A stretch of 64,000 nucleotides of DNA from Octopus sinensis (lineage: Eukaryota), in contig NC_043010.1 of assembly GCF_006345805.1 (NCBI RefSeq), positions 8,618,001 to 8,682,000 on the forward strand. The letters are read 5' to 3'. Position numbers and translations under genes: made by a program. Shown here in pieces: positions 55,161 to 64,000 of this stretch. The notes beneath the pieces were generated by a model. The model saw only the letters and a program-made list of their open reading frames with translations. It made no database searches and had not been told where the DNA came from. Positions within the stretch are counted from its first letter, which is position 1, and every line of letters begins with the position of its first letter.

Positions 55161-55162
<2 letters not shown>
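54852..55162 (-). mobile_element. SINE-C with tail 2
   Basis: Matches 15823-16131. Confidence 0.9.
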
Positions 55163-55199
<37 letters not shown>

Positions 55200-55558
55200 T
55201 TGAATTACTAAATCATACTTTTTGATACAACTTTGGCTTTACAGTTGTAAACTTAAGCATCATGACAAACATAGATACAGATACACACATTCACACATAC
55301 ATGCACATGCTTTTATGATGAGCTTCTACACAGTTTCCTTCTAACAAATTTTACTCTCAAGTTATTGATCATACCCAAGACAACAATAGAATACACTTGC
55401 TTAAGGTGCAGAGAAGCAGGCTTGAACCTGAAATCAAGTGGTAGGAAAGCAAGTTCTTCACCACATTACAATCCCTGAATAAATTCTTATTGGAGGCAAA
55501 CCATTATGATGTTTGAGAAAGATGAGTGAGTCAAGAAGAGACTCAAATATATATATAT

Positions 55559-55589
<31 letters not shown>

Positions 55590-55596
55590 ATATATA

Positions 55597-55627
<31 letters not shown>

Positions 55628-55835
55628 ATAAAACAAGTTTGAAATGAGAAGTGAGGAAAATTATGCAGTCAGTCTGATTGAGACAGAGTGATAAGAAAGG
55701 AAAGACAGTAGTAGAGGTTATGTATGTAATTGTGTTTGTGTGGATATGTGTGTGCATAAGGACATATACATACACTTATATATATATATATATATATACA
55801 TATATATAAAGATATATGTATATATATATATATGT

Positions 55836-55881
<46 letters not shown>

Positions 55882-56957
55882 ATATATATACATACATTTA
55901 TATATACATACATACATGCATACATATTTATGTATGTATATATACATGCGTACGTACATCTGTATAACCAGAGAGAATGAGAGAGAGAAAGAAAGAGAGA
56001 GAGAGAGAGAGATGGGGAATTGTGCAATAAAGATGCAAAAATATCAGGGGGAAAAAAACCCAGTTTATTCCAAAATTGAGCCTTATCTAAAAAGGAACAT
56101 AATAATTGGATAGGCTGATTTCTTCCTGAAAATAATAATAATAATAATAAAAAAAAAAGAACAAGAAAAGAAATCTAATTCTTCCAGAACAATTAGATGT
56201 TGCTTCATTATTTTTGTAGTGAAAAAGACACAAAAAATACATCAGCAATTCAATAAAAACACAGAAAAAGAAAAAAAAAATAGCTAGTATAAAAGAAAAA
56301 AAAATGATGGTAGATTTTTGAAGAGTAAAATCTAAACTGGAAAACATTTGTGATTTATTTCAATATTTACTCGAGGAGTGGATGATCTGATGTATCAAGT
56401 GGTCTAAAAGAGGAGATCAACTTTGTCAGAGTAATGTTGTAAATTGTGTCAACAATAGAGTTTTGTTGTAAACAAGTTCAGATTTCAGATGTCAGAGAAA
56501 AGTAGACAGTAGCAGTGAAAAAAGTCAATAATGAAGTTAAGAAGAGTAAATAGTAGTAGGTTATGTTGGGTCGCACAGCTAGTCACTCTACAAAGTATAC
56601 ATTCATGTGGAAAGAATCCTTTTGATAGAGAAGAAGAACGATGACATTATGTATGAAGAGGTCAATATATAACAAAATCAGAAAATAATTGCAAATTGGT
56701 GATTCAGACTTATATATTCAAGAGAAAAGAGAGAAAGAGACAGAGAGAGAGTGAGTGAGTGAGAGAGAGGGAGAAAGATAGTAAAGAAAAAAAAACTGAG
56801 GCAAAAAATGTCAATAGCTTGAACAGAACGGTTAGTTTGAGGAACATATCTGGCAGACAGAGGAATAGAAAATAGAGCTTGACTAAGAACTAGATAATAC
56901 ATACAGATTGGAATTGGCGCAGCAGATACTGACAAACCTGAAGTAAAGAGCTGATCA

Positions 56958-56988
<31 letters not shown>

Positions 56989-57175
56989 GACAGAGAGAGG
57001 GGGGAAGGAAAGAGACAAAAAGAGAAAAAGAGATAGAGATAAAAGATAGCGATAGAGATAAAGAAATAGACTACTTTGAGTGAAATTTACCAAATGAAAT
57101 AACTACACATGATAAACTCCTGGGGGAAACACAATATCATAAACGATTGGTAGAAATGATATAACAAAGTATCGT

Positions 57176-57961
57176 CAGGCGAGCTGGCAGAAACGTTAGC
57201 ATGCCAGGCGAAATGCTTAGCGGTATTTCGTCTGCGTTACATTGTGAGTTCAAATTCCGCCGAGGTTGACTTTGCCTTTCATCCTTTCGGGGTCGATAAA
57301 TTAAGTACCAGTTACAAACTGGGGTCGATGTAATCGACTTAATACCTATGTCTGTCCTTGTTTGTTCCCTCTGTGTTTAGCCCCTTGTGGGTAATAAAGA
57401 AATAGGTATTTCGTCTGCTGCTACGTTCTGAGTTCAAATTCCGCCGAGGTCGACTTTGCCTTTCATCCTTTCGGGGTCGATAAATTAAGTACCAGTTACG
57501 AACTGGGATCGATGAAATCGATTTAATACCTATGTCTGTCCTTGTTTGTTCCCTCTGTGTTTAGCCCCTTGTGGGTAATAAAGAAATAGGTATTTCGTCT
57601 GCTGCTACGTTCTGAGTTCAAATTCCGCCGAGGTCGACTTTGCCTTTCATCCTTTCGGGGTCGATAAATTAAGTACCAGTTACAAACTAGGGTCGATGTA
57701 ATCGACTTAATACCTATGTTTGTCCTTGTTCGTTCCCTCTGTGTTTAGCCCCTTGTGGGTAATAAAGAAATAGGTATTTCGTCTGCTGCTACGTTCTGAG
57801 TTCAAATTCCGCCGAGGTCGACTTTGCCTTTCATCCTTTCGGGGTCGATAAATTAAGTACCAGTTACAAACTGGGGTCGATGTAATCGACTTAATACCTA
57901 TGTCTGTCCTTGTTTGTTCCCTCTGTGTTTAGCCCCTTGTGGGTAATAAAGAAATAGGTAT
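57176..57961 (+). mobile_element. SINE-B with one head and four tandem 183-184-bp bodies
   Basis: GGTAT at 57222, 57405, 57589, 57773 and 57957. Confidence 0.95.
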
Positions 57962-58198
57962 CACCAGTCTCTGAGCCGACTCAACTTTCATCTGTCTCAG
58001 CAGACTGAAAAGGAATCAGTCATAAATCAGCTTCTTCATTCTCTTATTGGTTTATTGGCTTCAATCGTATCATTAAACTGTGACCATATTTGGGCATTGC
58101 CTTCATTCATATGAATCTCAGTATTAATTTAAGATTTGAACTTAGTTTAGCAACCACTATATATATTGAATGGCTAGTTATCATTTTTTTTTACATAA

Positions 58199-58610
58199 AG
58201 GTGCAGGAGTGGCTGTGTGGTAAGTAGCTTGTTTACCAACCACATGGTTCCGGGTTCAGTCCCACTGCGTGGCACCTTGGGCAAGTGTCTTCTACTATAG
58301 CCTCAGGCCGACCAAAGCCTTGTGAGTGGATTTGGTAGACGGAAACTGAAAGAAGCCTGTCGTATATATATATGTATATATATGTATGTGTGTGTGTGTT
58401 TGTGTGTCTGTGTTTGTCCCCCTAGCATTGCTTGACAACTGACGCTGGTGTGTTTACGCCCCGTCACTTAGCGGTTCGGCTAAAGAGACCGATAGAATAA
58501 GTACTGGGCTTACAAAGAATAAGTCCCGGGGTCGATTTGCTCGATTAAAGGCGGTGCTCCAGCATGGCCGCAGTCAAATGACTGAAACAAGTAAAAAGAG
58601 AGAAAGAGAA
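58199..58610 (+). mobile_element. SINE-A, full length
   Basis: Family head, body and tail. Confidence 0.94.
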
Positions 58611-58704
58611 AGGGAAACAAATCAAGGAACTGGTTTACATCAGTATATGCATATAGGCATATGTATGTGTGCGTGCATGCATGTGTGTGTGTGTGCAAGA
58701 GTGT

Positions 58705-59028
58705 ATAGGCACGTGGCTTAGTGGTTAGGGCATTTGGCTCACGATCATAAGATCGTGAGTTCGATTCCTGGCGACGCGTTGTGTCCTTGAGCAAAACACT
58801 TTATTTCACATTACTCCAGTCCACTCAGCTGGCAAAGATGAGTTGTACCTGTATTTCAAAGGGGTCAGCCTTGTCACACTTTGTGTCATGCTGAATGTCC
58901 CTGAGAACTACGTTAGGGGTACATGTGTCTGTGGATTGCTCAGCCATTTGCACATTAATTTCACGAGCAGGCTGTTCCGTTGATTGTATCAGCTGGGACC
59001 CTCATCGTCATAACCAACGGAGTGCTCC
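58705..59028 (+). mobile_element. SINE-D with tail 1
   Basis: CORE-like body joined to gtacctgtatttcaaagg...ccaacggagtgctcc. Confidence 0.88.
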
Positions 59029-59511
59029 TATATATATATATATATATATATATATGTGCTATTGTTACTTTGGAGTAATCCTAATTTTTAATATTGCCAA
59101 TATATATATATATGTGTGTGTGTTTGTGTGTATGTATGTATTATTGCAACTCTTAGCATTGAAACCAGTGCATGTAACTTTAAAAATGAAAGCCACATAA
59201 TTGAAGAAGTTATAGACCAGTCATTTATAACAGATATGTACGAATTATTATAAACTCTTCCAACAATGAAAATGCTTAACTACAGGTAAATTGACTCAAA
59301 ATAAGTGAAAACAATGCAATAATTACACACAAGAACAGAGATAAACAGCATGTGTGCAAACCAAAGGTAAGTAATATTAATGCAATGGAGGCTAAGCATG
59401 TTACTGCAAAACACGTTCATGTAAAAACTGAGCTAACATCAGTAATATTTGTAATAACTTTGAGATATTTATGTCAGAGAACTAAACAAGATTAATCAAT
59501 GCATATATTCT

Positions 59512-59731
59512 TTTGTTCTTTTACTTGTTTCAGTCATTTGACTGTGGCCATGCTGGAGCTCCACCTTTAGTTGAGCAAATCAACCCCAGGACTGGGCCTT
59601 TTCTAAGCCTAGTACTTATTCTGTCAGTCTCTTTTGCCAAACCGCTAAGTAACACGGACTTAAACACACCAGCATCGGTTGTCAAGAGATGGTGGCGGGA
59701 CAAACACAGACACACAAATATATACACACAC

Positions 59732-59796
<65 letters not shown>

Positions 59797-59975
59797 AATA
59801 TATATATATATATATACACGACAGGTTTCTTTCAGTTTCCATCTACCAAATCCACTCACAAGGCTTTGGCCAGCCCAAGGCTATAGAAGAAGACACTTGC
59901 CTAAGGTGCCATGCAGTGGGACTGAACCTGGAACCAGGTGGTTGGTAAGCAACCTACTTACCACGCAGCCACTCT
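59512..59975 (-). mobile_element. SINE-A
   Basis: Family tail, body and head. Confidence 0.9.
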
Positions 59976-60137
59976 TGTGCCTAAGACATCATCATTTGAA
60001 GAATACCTCAACCCAGCACTTAAAAATAAAATACAATTTTACAACTTTAAAATGAATTATCAAAATTATATCAGCTATCAATAATGAAGTCATTTTATCT
60101 ATTTATTCGTTTATTTATTAAAATATATTTTTTCATG

Positions 60138-60237
60138 CATAGGAGTGGCTGTGTGGTAAGTGTCTTCTGCTATAGCCCCGGGCCGACCAATGCCTTGTGA
60201 GTGGATTTAGTAGATGGAAACTGAAAGAAGCCTGTCG

Positions 60238-60269
<32 letters not shown>

Positions 60270-60485
60270 GGTGTTTGTGTGTCTGTGTTTGTCCCCCTAG
60301 CATTGCTTGACAACTGATGCTGGTGTGTTTACGTCCCCGTCACTTAGCGGTTCGGCAAAAGAGACCGATAGAATAAGTACTGGGCTTACAAAGAATAAGT
60401 CCTGGGGTTGATTTGCTCGACTAAAGGCGGTGCTCCAGCATGGCTGCAATCAAATGACTGAAACAAGTGAAAGAGTAAAAGAGTA
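60138..60485 (+). mobile_element. SINE-A lacking its B-box region
   Basis: gtggtaag|tgtcttctgc junction; deletion at AAGT microhomology. Confidence 0.9.
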
Positions 60486-60519
60486 TGCTATATTTTCATG
60501 AACAATAGTGTTGATGACT

Positions 60520-60705
60520 AGGTTTCCAAAGGGCTAGTCACTAGTTCACTGCATTTATGATGGTATGAGCAATGTGGACAACAAAGGACTTTCTGTGCAA
60601 CTCAAGCGGAAAAACAATGTGAAGTATTTTTTGTTGGAAAACACTAGTTTATCGGTTTTCTCACTCATGTTTACATCTTCCGCTGCTATGCACCAGTACA
60701 ATATG
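60520..60705 (+). pseudogene. Possible decayed hAT-family transposase fragment
   Basis: YDGMSNVDNKGLSVQLKRKN and, after a frameshift, RCYA-QYNM, resembling YDGAxNMxGxxKG...HCYAHxLNL. Confidence 0.45.
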
Positions 60706-61519
60706 GACATGTACATACGTATATATCCACATGCATACAAATACACATACATATATATATATATATATTTACATCTATCTCAAAGTATATGTAATATAAT
60801 ATATATATGTATATAATATGATATGTTAATATGTATATATATATATATTCCTTTTTTCCTTTTTCTTTTTATTTGTTTCAGTTATTTGAATGTGGCCATG
60901 CTGGAGTACTGCCTTTAGTTGAAGAAAATGACCCAGGACTTTTTCTTTGGAAGCCTAGTATTTATGTTATCTGTCTCTTTTGCCGAACCGCTGAATTTCG
61001 GGGACATAAACACCCGAACAGCGGTTGTCAAGCAGTGATTTTAAGGTATCAAGCTGGAACAATGTTTAGTCAAAAGTGCTTATTGCTACTTGATAATACA
61101 CTTGGTCTTATAAATAAACTGACTCTAATTGTTGCACCAATGCGTGAGATAAATTAAAGTGGTAAGAAGTTTGCTTCCCAACCATATCGATCTTGGGTTC
61201 AATCCCATCGCTCAGCACCTTAGACAAATGTCTTCTGCTATAGCCCCAGACTTACAAAAGCCTTTGTGAGTGGAATTGGTTAATGGAAACTGAAAAGAAT
61301 TTTGTCATGTCAGCATGAAAGTTAAATGATAATGATGATATGAGGTCTGATCAAAAAGCATCAGGATTGCTACCATGGCAATGGAGCTAAAGTATGCAGG
61401 GTGAAGCCACTTGGCTACTTGGCAGAGACTTGCTCATTTCCATTGTGCATTGGCTCTTGAAACTGGATTCAAATCTGAATTTGTAACTTCTGATTAAAAC
61501 AAAAAAGAATATTCTTTCA

Positions 61520-61915
61520 TTCTATTCTTTTACTTGTTTCAGACACTTGACTGCAGCCATGCTGGAGCACTGCCTTCAGGGGTTTTAGTCAAACAACTTG
61601 ACCCCAGGACATATTGTTTTCAAGACTAGTAATTATTCTATCAGTCTCTTTTGCTGAACTGCTAAGTTATGGAGATGTAAAAACACCAACACACCCGTTG
61701 TCATCCAAGGAAGGGGGGACAAACACAGACAAAACGACACATACAAACACACACACACACACAACCATCTTCTTTCAGTTTCCACCTACCAAATCCACTC
61801 ACAAGGCTTTGGTCAGTTCAAGGCTATAGTAGAAGACACTTGCCCAAAGTGCCATACAATGAGAGAACCATTGAACCTGGAACCCTGTGGTTGAGAAACA
61901 ATCCTCTTACCACTG
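61520..61915 (-). mobile_element. Older SINE-A
   Basis: Family tail, body and head, diverged. Confidence 0.82.
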
Positions 61916-62171
61916 AGTCACATTTTCTGTCCTATTTTTCAGTTTTTATCACCAAAACTCAGGACACCCAGAAGAAAGAAGGGCCAGTCATATAAATCCA
62001 TCGGAGGAAGCAGCTATTAAGAATGATAGATATATTGTGAAGATGTCTATTAAGGATATGAAAACAGGTGAAATAGTCAGGCCAATGAAGTGTTGAAAAT
62101 ATGTACAGTGGGACATTCACCAGTTGCTTGAATGACCAGTTAGGTTGTACAGAAATAGGTTGTTCCCGATA

Positions 62172-62557
62172 TGGAAGCACTCCATTGGTTACGACAATGA
62201 GGGTTCTGGTTGATCCGAATCAACGGAACAGCCTGCTCGTGAAATTAATGTGTAAGTGGTTGAGCACTCCACAGACACGTGCACCCTTAACGTAGTTCTC
62301 GGGGATATTCAGCGAGACACAGAGAGTGAAAAGGCCGGCCCCTTGAAATACAGGTACAACAGAAACAGGAAGTAAGAGTGAGAGAAAGTTGTGGTGAAAG
62401 AGTACAGCAGGGATCACCACTACCCTCTGCCGGAGCCTCGTGGAGCTTTTAGGTGTTTTCGCTCAATAAACACTCACAACGCCCGGTCTGGGAATTGAAA
62501 TCGCGATCCTATGACCGTGAGTCCGCTGCCCTAACCACTGGGCCATTGCACCTCCAC
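62172..62557 (-). mobile_element. SINE-C with tail 1
   Basis: Matches 9305-9689; tgttccc-like TSD. Confidence 0.92.
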
Positions 62558-62923
62558 TGTTCCCAATAACTGGCGTAATCAATAGCTAAATTAAGTAAAT
62601 GAAATGCTCTTGAAAGAAGCAACTGCCAGAGCAATGAAACTGATGACCAAACTATGAATATAACAGAAAATGAGATAGCATAATTAATCAATGCTTAGAT
62701 GTGATGCAGTTCATGTTTGTGCCAGAAGAGGATGCCATTGATTCCCTCCTCTTCACGAAACAACAACAAAAGAAATTCTTAGCTAAAAGCAAGCTACCAC
62801 AACTAGCATTCATTGCCCCCAAAACGGACTTTGGCTAGATGTAATGCTCTGTAGTTTGGTGGTTAGTAACAAAATTAGGTGTATATGAATAACTTATGGG
62901 AGGCCTCCTGCATGACATGTATA

Positions 62924-63154
62924 TATTTCTTTATTGCTCACAAGGGGCTAAACATAGAGGGGACAAACAAGGACAGACAAAGGGATTCAGTCGATTACAT
63001 CAACCCCAGTGCGTAACTGGTACTTTATTTATCGACCCCGAAAGGATGAAAAGCAAAGTTGACCTCGGCGGAATTTGAACTCAGAACGTAATGGCAGATG
63101 AAATACCGCTAAGCATTTCGCCCGGCATGCTAACGGTTCTGCCAGCTCACCGCC
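62924..63154 (-). mobile_element. SINE-B with an 11-bp TSD
   Basis: TGACATGTATA at 62913-62923 and 63155-63165. Confidence 0.93.
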
Positions 63155-63158
63155 TGAC

Positions 63159-63250
63159 ATGTATAGAGATACTGTGAACAAAATGAGAGTTATCAAGAAC
63201 TTCTGTAATGAATTTGGTGAGCAGATAGGTGTCCACCAAGGCCTCAGGGC
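63159..63250 (+). pseudogene. RTE-type reverse transcriptase fragment
   Basis: MYRDTVNKMRVIKNFCNEFGEQIGVHQG (GVHQG motif). Confidence 0.65.
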
Positions 63251-63299
63251 TGTGAGAAAAATATGCAACAAAGAGGACTGAACAGGTATGTCAATTGAT

Positions 63300-63532
63300 T
63301 AAGGCGGCGAGCTGGCAGAAACGTTAGCACGCCGGGCGAAATGTGCAGCCGTATTTTGTCTGCCGTTACGTTGTGAGTTCAAATTCCGCTGAGGTCGACT
63401 TTGCCTTTCATCCTTTCGGGGGTCGATAAATTAAGTACCAGTTATGCACTGGGGACGATGTAATCGACTTAATACCTATGTCTGTCTTTGTTTGTTCCCT
63501 ATATGTTTAGCCCTTGTGGGTAGTAAAGAAAT
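63300..63532 (+). mobile_element. SINE-B with a perfect 16-bp TSD
   Basis: AGGTATGTCAATTGAT at 63284-63299 and 63533-63548. Confidence 0.95.
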
Positions 63533-63834
63533 AGGTATGTCAATTGATGTACATGGAAGATGCTAGTTAGATGAAATCATGACTGTTAATCCAAGTGGAA
63601 AGAATCTGAGGAAGAGGAAGGCCAAAGAGAATACTGGATGAAGCAGGAAGAGGAATATGAAACTCACAAAAGAAGTGACAAGAGACCACAACAATTAACA
63701 AGATGCTGCAATGGAGAACATACATCAAATCTATGCAAGCATAAAAAAAGAAACTGAGCACAAGAGGATTATGATGATAATAATCAAGCAGTGTCTATCT
63801 ATATATGTGTGTGTACTTATCTGTGAATATATAT

Positions 63835-64000
63835 ATATATTTAGAAAAAAGGGAGAGTTTACGAAAAAAACAAAAGACGAAGACAAGTGGTGTACAAAAC
63901 AAACAGATGTATCAGTATAACACTCAGGAATAGAAAAAGTCTTTTACGTTTCGAGCCTATGCTCTTCTACAGAAAGGGACACAGAAAAAACAAGGAGAGA
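63835..64000 (-). mobile_element. Short non-coding repeat carrying a hammerhead-like motif (copy 3; runs off the window)
   Basis: Minus strand 63980-63939 reads GTCCCTTT CTGTAGA A GAGC ATAG GCTC GAAAC GTA AAAGAC. Confidence 0.62.

Overview
AT-rich, microsatellite- and SINE-saturated eukaryotic DNA, most likely octopus/cephalopod (inferred from the repeat repertoire, not verified). No intact protein-coding gene, rRNA, tRNA gene or CRISPR array can be supported, and almost all tracked ORFs are microsatellite or SINE artefacts. The window holds several tRNA-head SINE families (working names A, B, C, D), RTE-type LINE remnants and RTE-like tails, an R2/R4-like LINE remnant, TTAA-flanked piggyBac-type MITEs, Tigger-like and hAT-like remnants, and a decayed C2H2 zinc-finger fragment. 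Main observations: (1) short non-coding repeats carrying decayed minimal hammerhead-ribozyme-like motifs next to (TA)n tracts; (2) SINE-B target-site duplications that mostly begin with GGT(A/T), matching its own 3' end and an internal site, alongside self-nesting and tandem arrays; (3) a SINE-A copy with six tandem 174-bp heads; (4) all six combinations of two SINE bodies with three tails; (5) a near-perfect 112-bp palindrome; (6) an old 21-bp repeat with codon-like decay; (7) two ~150-bp local duplications of unique DNA. All coordinates were read by eye; the ends of degenerate elements are approximate.
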